This document shows positions 18,309 to 27,902 of a stretch of DNA of 64,000 bases, one piece after another. Under the pieces are notes generated by a model. That model had not been told where the DNA came from. It saw only the letters and a program-made list of their open reading frames with translations, and did no database searches. A program made the position numbers and the translations under genes. This DNA comes from an uncultured Candidatus Saccharibacteria bacterium (GTDB lineage: Bacteria > Patescibacteriota > Minisyncoccia > Portnoybacterales > UBA2143). The stretch is from positions 7,070-71,069 of the forward strand of contig CAYPQZ010000006.1 in the NCBI GenBank assembly GCA_964413015.1, read 5' to 3'. Position 1 is the stretch's first letter. The number at the start of each line of letters is the position of its first letter.

Positions 18309-19138
18309 AGACATTAGGCGTAACTGGCGGGAAAGGAGGCACTGGCAAATCTACAGTATCTATTCTTTTAGCCAATAAATATTTCAAACAAGGCCAAAAA
18401 GTTGTTTTGGTTGACTGCGATGTGGAATGTCCCAATGAACATTTGCTTTTAGGCAAGGAGTTAAAAAAGCCTCAAGAAAAAATCTATACCAGTTTTCCCG
18501 AACTGGATAAAAGCAAATGCCAGAAATGCGGCGTTTGCGTAAAATCTTGCCAAAGCAACGCTATTTTTCAGGCGCCGGGCCAATATCCCGTGTTTATCAA
18601 GGATTTATGTTCCGGCTGTAGCGCCTGCTGGCTGGTTTGCCCAAATCAAGCTATTCATCCGGTTAAAGAAGAAACCGGCCAGATTTTTGTTAATCAGCTT
18701 AAAAAGAATTACTGGCTGATTACTGGATTAGCCAAGGCCGGCCTGGAAGAAACCGGCCCTATAGTCAGCCAGACTAAAAAATTCGCCCTGGAATTTGCCA
18801 AAAGCAAAGAAGCTGATATTCTGCTTTTGGATACGGCGGCCGGCACGCATTGCCCGGTGATTTCAGCTCTTTTGGGCGTTGATTCCGCTTACGCGGTGAC
18901 CGAGCCGACTCCGATGGGCGCTTTTGATTTGAATTTAATCCTGGATTTGTGCCGGAAGATCAAGGTTCCCATAGAAATAATTTTAAACCAGTCAGATTTA
19001 GGTAGTCAGGGAAAGATTCAGGAGATTGCCCAAAAGAACCAAGCTCAAATTGTTCAAAAAATACCTTATTCCAAAAAAATTGTTCAGGCCTATTCGCATG
19101 GGAAATTATTAGATTTTAATTATTCATGGGAAAAATGA
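18305..19138 (+). CDS. MinD/Mrp-family P-loop ATPase with two 4Fe-4S ferredoxin motifs
   Basis: GGKGGTGKST, CDVECPN, CQKCGVCVKSCQSNAI, CSGCSACWLVCPNQAI. Confidence 0.75.
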   Translation: MKTLGVTGGKGGTGKSTVSILLANKYFKQGQKVVLVDCDVECPNEHLLLGKELKKPQEKIYTSFPELDKSKCQKCGVCVKSCQSNAIFQAPGQYPVFIKDLCSGCSACWLVCPNQAIHPVKEETGQIFVNQLKKNYWLITGLAKAGLEETGPIVSQTKKFALEFAKSKEADILLLDTAAGTHCPVISALLGVDSAYAVTEPTPMGAFDLNLILDLCRKIKVPIEIILNQSDLGSQGKIQEIAQKNQAQIVQKIPYSKKIVQAYSHGKLLDFNYSWEK

Positions 19139-19947
19139 AAAAAAATATTTCAATTTTATCGCTGGTTTTATTCGGCCTTTTAACTATTTTTAATTTTTCC
19201 ATGTCCTCCGAAGCTGAAGAGGATTGTTTTCACTGCCAGACCCTTAGCCCTGATTTTCTGATGGAAGCCAACCAGCAGTTAACCTTAGTTAAGGTTATCT
19301 CTTTGGCGGCGGTGGATTCGGTTAATCCTTGCACTTTAGCTGTCCTTAGCTTAATGCTGATTGCTATTTTAACCTACAATCCCGAGAAAAAAAGAAACCT
19401 TTTGTTAGCCGGCCTGGCCTTTATTAGCTCGGTTTTTGCGATGTATTTGATTTATGGGTTGGTGATTATTGGATCTTTCGGTTTGCTGAGCTCTTTTAAA
19501 GTATTTCAACTTTGGCTTTACAAGATGGTTGGGCTTGGGGCGGTGGTTCTGGGATGCCTGAAAATTAGGGATTTTTGGAAAAAGCAGGCGGTTTGCCGAG
19601 TGGTTCCCAAGCTTGACCGGATATTGGGGAAAATAACCAGTCCGTCCGGAGCTTTTATGGTGGGTGCTTTTGTAACCATTTTCCTACTGCCTTGCACCAT
19701 CGGGCCCTATATTGTTTGCGGTGGGATTTTATGCGAACTGGGAATTTTGAAATCTCTGCCTTGGCTTTTGTTCTATAACCTGATATTTGTTCTGCCTATG
19801 CTAATTGTGGTTTTAATTATCTACTTTGGATTTGGAAAAGTAAGCGATATTTCCAGTTGGCAGGCCCGGAATATTAAATATCTTGATTTGGCGTCTGGCA
19901 TCATTATTCTGCTTTTAGGATTGGCAATGATTTGCGGAATCCTTTAA
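19126..19947 (+). CDS. CcdA/DsbD-like thiol-disulfide transmembrane protein (tentative)
   Basis: Signal peptide plus 6 TM. Cys pairs in TM context (VNPCTLAVL; LPCTIGPY; CGGILC). Confidence 0.45.
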   Translation: MGKMKKNISILSLVLFGLLTIFNFSMSSEAEEDCFHCQTLSPDFLMEANQQLTLVKVISLAAVDSVNPCTLAVLSLMLIAILTYNPEKKRNLLLAGLAFISSVFAMYLIYGLVIIGSFGLLSSFKVFQLWLYKMVGLGAVVLGCLKIRDFWKKQAVCRVVPKLDRILGKITSPSGAFMVGAFVTIFLLPCTIGPYIVCGGILCELGILKSLPWLLFYNLIFVLPMLIVVLIIYFGFGKVSDISSWQARNIKYLDLASGIIILLLGLAMICGIL

Positions 19948-19951
19948 TTTT

Positions 19952-20551
19952 ATGGATAAATTGGCAACTATTGATAACCAGCTTAAGGAAATAAGGGATG
20001 AAGTTGTTGAATGCCGGAAATGTTCTCTTTGCCAGACCAGAATTTATCCGGTTATCGGACAGGGCAGTCATCAGGCGGAAATTGCGCTGGTAGGCGAGGC
20101 GCCGGGCGCTTCTGAAGACCAAACCGGCTTCCCTTTTTGCGGACAAGCCGGAGGAATCCTTGATGAATTGCTGAATTCAGCTAATTTAAAAAGAGAGACC
20201 GTGTATATTTGCAATATCCTTAAATGCCGGCCGCCGAGCAATCGCGACCCGCAAAAAGAGGAAATAGCTGCCTGTGTTCCTTATTTAGAAAGGCAAATTC
20301 AGATTATCCAACCGGCGATTATCGGTCTTATGGGCAATTACGCAACCGCTTTCCTTTTGGAAAAATTCGGCCTAAAAGACAAAATCCAAGGGATTAGCCG
20401 GATTCACGGGCAGGTTTTTGAAGCCCAAGCGGGCTTTGGGCCGATTAAGCTGATTCCTTTATATCATCCGGCGGTGGCGGTCTATAACGCCAATATGAAA
20501 GAAATCCTTAAAAAAGACTTTAAAACCCTTTATGAAAAACAAAAACTTTAG
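19952..20551 (+). CDS. uracil-DNA glycosylase, family 4
   Basis: ECRKCSLC...GEAPGASEDQTGFPFCGQAG...YICNILKCRPPSNRDP. Confidence 0.8.
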   Translation: MDKLATIDNQLKEIRDEVVECRKCSLCQTRIYPVIGQGSHQAEIALVGEAPGASEDQTGFPFCGQAGGILDELLNSANLKRETVYICNILKCRPPSNRDPQKEEIAACVPYLERQIQIIQPAIIGLMGNYATAFLLEKFGLKDKIQGISRIHGQVFEAQAGFGPIKLIPLYHPAVAVYNANMKEILKKDFKTLYEKQKL

Positions 20552-21407
20552 ATTAGTGATTGCTTCCGGAAAAGGCGGGGTCGGCAAGTCCATGCTAACT
20601 TCGGCTTTGGCGATGCTTTACAGCCAAAAAAAGAAGATAATTGCAGTGGACGCTGATGTAGACGCGCCTAATCTGGCGGTTTGGCTGAACCAATTGGATG
20701 AAAAAAATGTCCAGTTTTCCAAGAAAATCTCTACTTCTTTGAAGGCAATCATTGACGAGAACAAATGCAATGGCTGCGGCCAGTGTGTTGATAAGTGTGT
20801 TTTTAGCGCTTTGAAAATTAAGAATCACAAGGCCAAAGTAAATCCTTTTTTATGCGAAGGATGCGGCGTTTGCCAAATTGTTTGTCCGCAGAAAGCGGTT
20901 GAATTAAGGCCGGTGGATAACGGCCAAATTAAGATGGTGAACACCGATTACGGCTTTCCTTTGTTTTCCGGCCAGCTTTTGCCGGGCGAAACCGGCTCGG
21001 GCAAAGTGGTGGCTGAAATTAAAAAGGCGGCCCGGGAAAAAGGCGATTGCGATTTAATGCTGATTGATTCCTCGCCGGGCACAGGTTGTCCGGTCATCGC
21101 TTCCTTTCAGGATGCTGATTTGGCGGTTTTAATCACTGAACCGACGCCTTCCGGATTAAGCGATTTGAAAAGAGTTCTGAAAGTGGTTGAGCATTTCCAG
21201 ATTCCTTTTAAGGTGGTGGTTAATAAATGGGATATTAATCCTTCAATAACCGGAGAAATAGAGGAAGAGTTTAAAAATGAGTTTTTAGGAAAAATTTCCT
21301 ATGACCAGGGTATTTTCAAGGCAATTGCCAATTTAACGCCTATTTTAAAAACCAAATTAAAGGCCAAACAGGAAATTAAAGCAATTTTCAAGAAATTATA
21401 CAGTTGA
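20532..21407 (+). CDS. MinD/Mrp-family P-loop ATPase with two 4Fe-4S ferredoxin motifs (second paralogue)
   Basis: SGKGGVGKS, CNGCGQCVDKCVFSAL, CEGCGVCQIVCPQKAV. The stop codon lies inside REP copy 4. Confidence 0.75.
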   Translation: MKNKNFRLVIASGKGGVGKSMLTSALAMLYSQKKKIIAVDADVDAPNLAVWLNQLDEKNVQFSKKISTSLKAIIDENKCNGCGQCVDKCVFSALKIKNHKAKVNPFLCEGCGVCQIVCPQKAVELRPVDNGQIKMVNTDYGFPLFSGQLLPGETGSGKVVAEIKKAAREKGDCDLMLIDSSPGTGCPVIASFQDADLAVLITEPTPSGLSDLKRVLKVVEHFQIPFKVVVNKWDINPSITGEIEEEFKNEFLGKISYDQGIFKAIANLTPILKTKLKAKQEIKAIFKKLYS

Positions 21408-21424
21408 GACGTCCAACGTCTCAA
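21404..21424. repeat. REP-like palindrome copy 4 (TTGAGACGTCCAACGTCTCAA)
   Basis: Seen directly, 17 kb from the transposase gene. Confidence 0.8.
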
Positions 21425-21441
21425 CTGCGTCTTAATTGCGT

Positions 21442-21726
21442 ATGACTAGGCCAGTTAAAAAAAGAAACATTGATTTTAACCCCAAAGTGACCTATTTCAA
21501 GCCGCGGGCAGTACCTTTGTCAATTTTAGAAGAGGTGGATTTGGGCGTGGATGAACTGGAATCTTTACGGCTTTGCGAACTAGAGAAAATGGAGCAGTCC
21601 AAGGCGGCCAAGCAAATGAAAATTTCTCAAAGCACTTTGCAGAGAATTTTAAGCTCGGCCCATGAAAAAGTCACCGAAGCCCTGATTCACGGCAAAGCGA
21701 TTAAAATCACCGAACCGGTAAAGTAA
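21442..21726 (+). CDS. DUF134/UPF0251-family putative DNA-binding protein
   Basis: MTRPVKKRNIDFNPKVTYFKPRAVPLSILEEVDLGVDELESLRLCELE...QSTLQRIL matches the DUF134 pattern (predicted sigma-70 region-4-like HTH). Confidence 0.65.
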   Translation: MTRPVKKRNIDFNPKVTYFKPRAVPLSILEEVDLGVDELESLRLCELEKMEQSKAAKQMKISQSTLQRILSSAHEKVTEALIHGKAIKITEPVK

Positions 21727-21773
21727 GGTTGTATAAAATAAGGCCGTGCCTTAAAATGCACAACCTTAAAAGT

Positions 21774-22814
21774 ATGGCTGAAAAGAAGAAAAAAGTTATA
21801 GTTGGTCTTTCGGGCGGCCTTGATTCGGCCGTTGCTTTGTTGTTGCTTAAAAAACAGGGATATCAGCCAATTGGTTTAACCCTCAAATTTAACTCACAGC
21901 AAAGCCGGGAATCTGTTAATCAAGCCAGAAAAAATTGCCAAAAGCTAAAAGTTCCTTTTAAAACCCTGGACTGTCGCCAAGAATTCAAAAAACAGGTGAT
22001 TGACTATTTTTCAAAACTCTTAAAACAGGGTAAAACTCCCAATCCCTGCATTGTTTGCAATCCTTTAGTTAAATTCAAGGCGCTTTTCAATTTTGCCAGC
22101 CAGCAGAATTGCCAATATGTCGCTACCGGCCATTATGCCAGAATTAAGAATGGCCAGCTTTTGAGAGCTAAAGACGAAAACAAAGACCAAAGCTATTTCC
22201 TGTGTTTGATGCGCCAAAATCAGTTAAAAAGAATAATTTTCCCTTTGGGCAATTTAACTAAACAAGAAGTTTATCAAATAGCCAAAAAAGAAAAACTGGG
22301 TTCAGTTATCCAGCAAAAAGAAAGCCAGGATTTATGCTTTAAACTGCCGAAATTAGCGGCCAATCCCGGGACAATAGTCGATTCCCAGAAAAATATCTTA
22401 GGTCGGCACCAAGGCCTTCATGAATATACTGTTGGCCAGCGAAAAGGGATTAAATTGTCCAACGGACCCTGGAAGGTGACCGGTTTTGATTATAAAAAGA
22501 ATCAGTTGATTGTGACTAATAAGAAAAATGACCCGCTTCTTTCTAAAAAGGAAATTGCTTTAACCCGAACCCATTTTATTTCTGGCCGGCCTAAGCAAAA
22601 GTCAATCAAGGTTAAAGCTAAAACCAGATTTAATCAGCCGCTGGCTTCGGCTAAATTGTCTTTGAGCTCGGCCGGGCCAGCCAGCCGGCTAATTTTTGAC
22701 CGACCGCAAAAATCAGTCGCTCCGGGCCAGTGGGCAGTTTTTTATTTACCACGCCGAAGCGGAGCAAAGACGGACGATGGCGAAATTTGTCTGGGCGGGG
22801 GAATGATAAAATGA
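21774..22814 (+). CDS. mnmA: tRNA-specific 2-thiouridylase MnmA
   Basis: PP-loop GLSGGLDSAV, NPCIVCN, ATGHYAR. The listed TTG start at 21729 is probably too early; ATG 21756 or 21774. Confidence 0.85.
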   Translation: MAEKKKKVIVGLSGGLDSAVALLLLKKQGYQPIGLTLKFNSQQSRESVNQARKNCQKLKVPFKTLDCRQEFKKQVIDYFSKLLKQGKTPNPCIVCNPLVKFKALFNFASQQNCQYVATGHYARIKNGQLLRAKDENKDQSYFLCLMRQNQLKRIIFPLGNLTKQEVYQIAKKEKLGSVIQQKESQDLCFKLPKLAANPGTIVDSQKNILGRHQGLHEYTVGQRKGIKLSNGPWKVTGFDYKKNQLIVTNKKNDPLLSKKEIALTRTHFISGRPKQKSIKVKAKTRFNQPLASAKLSLSSAGPASRLIFDRPQKSVAPGQWAVFYLPRRSGAKTDDGEICLGGGMIK

Positions 22815-23624
22815 GGTTTAGGGAATAAAATTTCTGAATTTGCCAGAGTTTATGGCTCCGGCTTTTTTAATGAGACAAAAGCCAAGGATTGTTTATTCAA
22901 GCCAAAATTGATATTGACAAAAAAAAGCGCTATTTGTCTGATAAAAAAAGGGCTTGACAAGCTTTGACGGATTGATAAGATATTGAGGTATTTTTAAATT
23001 TAGGAGGAACGGAGGAAAGAAAGATGGAATTATGAGCAATTTCATCCATGCCTTGAGAGAACCGGAGGGGATAAAAAAGACAGCTTCAGACGAATCTTAT
23101 TTTTCGCCGACTATTTAGTTGCCTTTTTTTTGTTTTCTTTGAAGGTTCGGCAGACGAAATTCCAAAAGGAATTAAACCTGAGCGCCAGACTGATTTTCCT
23201 CCACGGTCTTGTGCTCAGATTTAATCTCTTTTGGCAGAAACTCTTAAAAACACTTGACTAAATTGGCAGAAACTATATACTAAAATTAGTTAAAAGCATT
23301 TATGCCTAGAGGAGTAACTGGGTAATTATTTCATCTAGTGGAGGAACTAGAAGAAGAATGATTTTCAGCTTAAGCATAATAAATGTGAAGGCAAAGCCTT
23401 TGTTCAACAGTTTAAAAGGAAGGGTTTGCTGGTATAAACATTATACTCATCTATTTTTCGCGTCATCATTTAATGGCGCTTTTATTTTTTTGAAATTTGA
23501 AATTTGATTAGTTTAAGTAAATAAAGGTCGATAGCGGTTTTCCTTAGTTCTGTAAAGACAGAGCTTGGAGGGTTAAAGCAAGCCGCTAAATAAAATTAAT
23601 AAATAATTAAACAAATTAAGAAAT

Positions 23625-24728
23625 ATGAAAAAAATTATTTTAAGTTTAAGCGTTATCGTGGCAGTCGCCGCCATTGTCATCGGCGGAACCATTGCCTATT
23701 TCAGCGATACTGAAGTAAGTGAAGGCAATACCTTTACTGCGGGTAATCTGGATGTGACTATTGCAGAAGGAGAAAGTGAAGATTTTTCAGTTTCTTTTAC
23801 TAATATGGCTCCTGGTGAGTGGACCGAAAAGCAAAAGTTAAATTTGATTAACTCCGGAAGCTTGGCTCAAGTTATTGATAGGATTCAAGTCAGCGGTTTA
23901 GAGGAAAATGATAGAACTTACACTCTTGAAGATTCACAAAATATGGAACAACGTTGGATAGGAAGCGATCCTACGCTTTTTGAATTGAGCGATCCTCTGG
24001 AAGTAAAAGTGAATTATGACGGTAGTGATAGAGCAGTTTTTCACGCTTGGGCTCCTGATGATTATGGTTGGCCAGGGGACGATATGATGACTTTTGCTTT
24101 TGATGTAGATAATAATGGCGAAGCTGATTTTCAGATTCAATGGAACACAAATGGAGAACAGAAGTGGAATTACGATGAACCCATTGTTGGCACCTGGAAT
24201 TGGGAAAAAGATTGGGTCGAGGTACCGGGTGACTTTGTAACGGGTAAAGATGGAAAACATTTCTGGGTAAAAATTCCCGTAAGTTATCTTGGTGGTTATG
24301 ATTCTGAATACAAGTTCGGAGTTGATTCTAATGGTCATGGTAGTGGGAAAGGACAAACTTTCTATTCTACCGACCCTTGGAATTTATGGAGCACTCAATC
24401 ACAACCCGGTAATTATACTACTAGTGAAAATTATGTTCCAATGAGCACAAAATCAGCAAAAGATATGAATGCCAATCAAGTTGCTAAAAATATAAATGTA
24501 AAGGTTTATCATAACGGATTGATTCGTCAGGGCACTCTTTGGAACTTTTACAAGAGTGGTGATAATAAGAACATGATTCTAAATGGTAATGAAATTACAT
24601 TGAATCCCGGAGAAGAAGGATGGTATAACTTTGAATTCCAGCTTGATCCTTCAGTAGGTAATGATTATCAAGGTGACGGAATAGAGGCTACGTTTGAAGT
24701 GGAAGCTGTTCAAGAAGGTCAAGAGTAG
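23625..24728 (+). CDS. secreted protein with a SipW-cognate (TasA/camelysin-class) signal peptide
   Basis: N-terminus MKKIILSLSVIVAVAAIVIGGTIAYFSDTEVSEGNTFTAGNLDV carries the AYFSD hallmark. 367 aa. Confidence 0.6.
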   Translation: MKKIILSLSVIVAVAAIVIGGTIAYFSDTEVSEGNTFTAGNLDVTIAEGESEDFSVSFTNMAPGEWTEKQKLNLINSGSLAQVIDRIQVSGLEENDRTYTLEDSQNMEQRWIGSDPTLFELSDPLEVKVNYDGSDRAVFHAWAPDDYGWPGDDMMTFAFDVDNNGEADFQIQWNTNGEQKWNYDEPIVGTWNWEKDWVEVPGDFVTGKDGKHFWVKIPVSYLGGYDSEYKFGVDSNGHGSGKGQTFYSTDPWNLWSTQSQPGNYTTSENYVPMSTKSAKDMNANQVAKNINVKVYHNGLIRQGTLWNFYKSGDNKNMILNGNEITLNPGEEGWYNFEFQLDPSVGNDYQGDGIEATFEVEAVQEGQE

Positions 24729-24786
24729 TAATTGATCTTTTTAAAGCCGTCTCATAAGGGGCGGCTTATAAAGGGATTAATTATTT

Positions 24787-25362
24787 ATGAGTAAACTGAA
24801 AAAGTCCTTGAAAACAATTTATTATGTTATTTTAACCTTTTTAATTATAATTGCTGTGCTATTGATGGGGTCGGTTTTGCCGATTCCGGGCAATTATTCA
24901 GTTAAACTGGTTGAATCCGGTTCTATGGAGCCGGCTATCAAAACGGGTAGTGTGGTGATGACGAAACCTTTTGATGATTATAAAATAGGGGATATTATAT
25001 GTTTTGGAGAAGACAGCAGAATAAAAACACCGACTACACACAGAATTTATGATATGGAAGTTATCGAGGGAAAACCCTATTATGTTACCAAAGGAGACGC
25101 CAATAACGCGCCAGACCAAAAAAAAGTTGAAGCCGGAGAGATTATTGGCAAGGTTTTAATAGATATCCCTTATTTAGGATACGTAGTTTCTGAAGCAAGA
25201 AAGCCATTAGGGTTTATGCTGATTATTATTATCCCAGCCACGGTAATTGTTTACGATGAGCTTAGGAAAATCTGGCAGGAAATTAAAAAATTAAAGGATA
25301 AGAAAAAAGACCAGCAACAAGATAAAAGGATAAAAGAATTAGAGGATAAAATAGAAAAATAA
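24787..25362 (+). CDS. sipW: signal peptidase I, SipW/archaeal-eukaryotic type
   Basis: N-terminal TM, catalytic Ser motif VESGSMEP, TKGDANNAPD box, C-terminal TM. Confidence 0.8.
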   Translation: MSKLKKSLKTIYYVILTFLIIIAVLLMGSVLPIPGNYSVKLVESGSMEPAIKTGSVVMTKPFDDYKIGDIICFGEDSRIKTPTTHRIYDMEVIEGKPYYVTKGDANNAPDQKKVEAGEIIGKVLIDIPYLGYVVSEARKPLGFMLIIIIPATVIVYDELRKIWQEIKKLKDKKKDQQQDKRIKELEDKIEK

Positions 25363-27902
25363 TGAAGAAAATGCCTCTAAAATTTATTGTTTTATTTTTA
25401 CTCATCGGCCTTAACTGGGCCGGACTTTCGGCTATTGGCGAAACAATGGCTTATTTTAGTGATATTGAAAATACTTCAAATAATGTTTTTAAAACAGGAA
25501 TTTTAGATATGACTATCAGGTCAGGCCAGAATAATTTTGTCCCTGATGCGGAAAATATGATGCCCGGAGACCAGGTTAACAGGGATATTTATGTAGGAAA
25601 AACTGCAGGCAGTATGCCTTTGAAACACAGGGTTAGTTATGAATTTATTGACGGCAATCCAGAATTATGCAGCCAATTGGATTTAAAAATTTGGTATGAC
25701 CATTTTACTTGTAAAGGTTCTTATAAAGATTGTAGAGATATGCGCCTGAAATATAATGATTCTTTAGTTTCTTTAAATAATTTAGTGGATTCTAATTTTA
25801 TAATTCCCCATCCAGATGACCAATTTGATACTGATGACAGCGATGGAACAGAGCAATGGTTTTATTACAGCATTATTGTGCCAAATGATTTAAATGATTC
25901 TTTTCAAGGCGAGGTTTGTAAGTTCAAATTTGTTTATGAAGCCTGGCAGGATAATTTTGATAATTATGGAGATGGGGGCTTTACAGATGTTGAAGAAATA
26001 GAAAGCACTATAAAAATAGGTTATAGTAATCCGCCGGTGGTTTTGAATGAATTCTTGCCTAATGCCGGAACTTACCCGGAATTTGTTGAGATTTATAATA
26101 AAACCGGTTCACCAATTGACCTTCAAGGATACCAAATTAGAGCCAATGGCCACCCGATTCCTATAAATCCTGCTACTACTAGTCGTTTTTCAGAAGGCAA
26201 TACAAACATTTCTCCTTATAGCTGGCTGGTTGTCGCTAGTCCTAAACCAAATAATCCTGGTTGGAACAGTTCTATATGGGATAATTTCTTAAATGATAGT
26301 TCAGGCACTATAGAGCTTTACAATAAACATGAAGTTATAATGGATTCTTATACTTATGGAAATCCTGACCACAATGTTAATAACACTCCGGGCTGGACTA
26401 ATGATTTAGTAGGATATTGGCCTTTTGATAAAAATAGTGGTGATACTGCTTATGATAAGAGCGGAAATAATAATGACGGTACTATTCATGGAGCTACTTG
26501 GGCTACCGGCGTGGTTAACTCCGGTTTGACTTTTGGTGGTTTCAGTGACTATGTCGATTGTGGCAATGATAGTACTCTTGACTTTACGAATACAGATAAT
26601 TTCACTTTAAGTCTTTGGGCTAAGAAGGAATCCAATCCCTCAGAGGGTAATGTAATGGGATTGGCTGGTAAAAATATTAAATATGCTATTGATTACTACT
26701 TTAAACAAGATAAAATAAGAGCCGGCATTAGAAACGAAGATGATGGACAATATATGATTACTACCCAACCTTCAAATGAACTTTTAGATTGGAATCATAT
26801 TGTTTTTGTTTATGAGAGTGAACAGTCGGATGGTATGAAGCTTTATGTGAACGGTGGCCTGAAATCCTCTCGAACTACCGAAGGATTGAGCGGCTTCAGT
26901 AACCCAAGCCGACACTTTGAAATAAGTGGTCCTGCTACCGGAGGAAACATTGAAAGATTTAATGGTACTATAGATGAAGTTAAACTTTATAATCGAGCAT
27001 TAAGTGATGATGAGGTATTAGAGAACTATAACAAGGTGGTATCTGCAAGCGGGAATACTGTGCCAGTAGATAAATCTTACGCTCGTATACCTGATGGTAG
27101 CAGTAATTGGGTGGATCCGGTGCCTACTCCTGGCGGGCCTAATTCTATGGACAATGATGCACAATCAATGCCAAACACAGAGCAAAATTTTGAAACAAAC
27201 AGCGATTTGCCGGAAAATGATAATAATTCTCAAACAGATAGTCAGAACAGCGAAGGCGGGAACGAAGAAACAGAAGAGCAGATAATCAATGAAGAAGAAG
27301 ATAAAAACGGAGAGGATCAAGGGTGCGAAGAAGATAATGAAGAAATCGGGATAAAGGAGAATGACGAAGATAATAAGGATGGGGATGACAGCCAGGGCGA
27401 GGGGAGCGAGGAAGAAAACGGGGATGATAATGATGAAAATCAGGGGAATAAAGCAGCTGACGAAGAAGAAGATGATGAATCTAATGAAGAAACAGAAGAA
27501 GGCTTCTCTAATGACGAAGAGGATAATAATAGAGAAGAAGCAAATAATGCTTCTGAAGAAGATGCTGATTTTGAAGAAAACAATTCTTCAAACGAAGAGG
27601 AAGAAAAAGATTCTGATAATCAATCTAAAGAGAAAAACGAATCAGATAATTCCAGCGAAGAATCTAATAACAATCAGGAGCAAGAAGAAAATTCAGATAG
27701 CAACAATACAGACCAAGAAACTGGCACAGACCAAGAAACTGGCGAAGAAACAGGCAATTCTTCAGAGAACAGCAGTTCAGATAATAGCAGCCAAGAAATA
27801 AAAGAGAATAGCGGTGAGGAAAGTAATTCCGGCAATCAAAATCAAGAAGAACCAGATGATAATTCGGGAAGCGAAGATTCAAATCAAGATAACGATGAAT
27901 AA
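25362..27902 (+). CDS. large secreted protein: SipW-cognate signal, lamin-tail-like domain, LamG/ConA-like domain and a ~260-aa polyacidic D/E/N/S-rich tail
   Basis: Signal ...GETMAYFSDIENTSNNVFKTGILD. LTD-like VVLNEFLPNAGTYPEFVEIYNKTGSPIDLQGYQIR. LamG-like LVGYWPFDKNSGDTAYDKSGNNNDGTIHG...DEVKLYNRALSDDEV. Tail residues 590-846 are more than 60% D/E/N/S. Confidence 0.6.
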   Translation: MKKMPLKFIVLFLLIGLNWAGLSAIGETMAYFSDIENTSNNVFKTGILDMTIRSGQNNFVPDAENMMPGDQVNRDIYVGKTAGSMPLKHRVSYEFIDGNPELCSQLDLKIWYDHFTCKGSYKDCRDMRLKYNDSLVSLNNLVDSNFIIPHPDDQFDTDDSDGTEQWFYYSIIVPNDLNDSFQGEVCKFKFVYEAWQDNFDNYGDGGFTDVEEIESTIKIGYSNPPVVLNEFLPNAGTYPEFVEIYNKTGSPIDLQGYQIRANGHPIPINPATTSRFSEGNTNISPYSWLVVASPKPNNPGWNSSIWDNFLNDSSGTIELYNKHEVIMDSYTYGNPDHNVNNTPGWTNDLVGYWPFDKNSGDTAYDKSGNNNDGTIHGATWATGVVNSGLTFGGFSDYVDCGNDSTLDFTNTDNFTLSLWAKKESNPSEGNVMGLAGKNIKYAIDYYFKQDKIRAGIRNEDDGQYMITTQPSNELLDWNHIVFVYESEQSDGMKLYVNGGLKSSRTTEGLSGFSNPSRHFEISGPATGGNIERFNGTIDEVKLYNRALSDDEVLENYNKVVSASGNTVPVDKSYARIPDGSSNWVDPVPTPGGPNSMDNDAQSMPNTEQNFETNSDLPENDNNSQTDSQNSEGGNEETEEQIINEEEDKNGEDQGCEEDNEEIGIKENDEDNKDGDDSQGEGSEEENGDDNDENQGNKAADEEEDDESNEETEEGFSNDEEDNNREEANNASEEDADFEENNSSNEEEEKDSDNQSKEKNESDNSSEESNNNQEQEENSDSNNTDQETGTDQETGEETGNSSENSSSDNSSQEIKENSGEESNSGNQNQEEPDDNSGSEDSNQDNDE

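Noticed and set aside
27361-27801. 146-aa Lys/Met-rich ORF, with 27094-27285 and 27664-27882 as minus-strand counterparts
   Set aside because: Off-frame and antisense readings of the GAA/GAT-repetitive DNA that encodes the polyacidic tail of the 846-aa protein.
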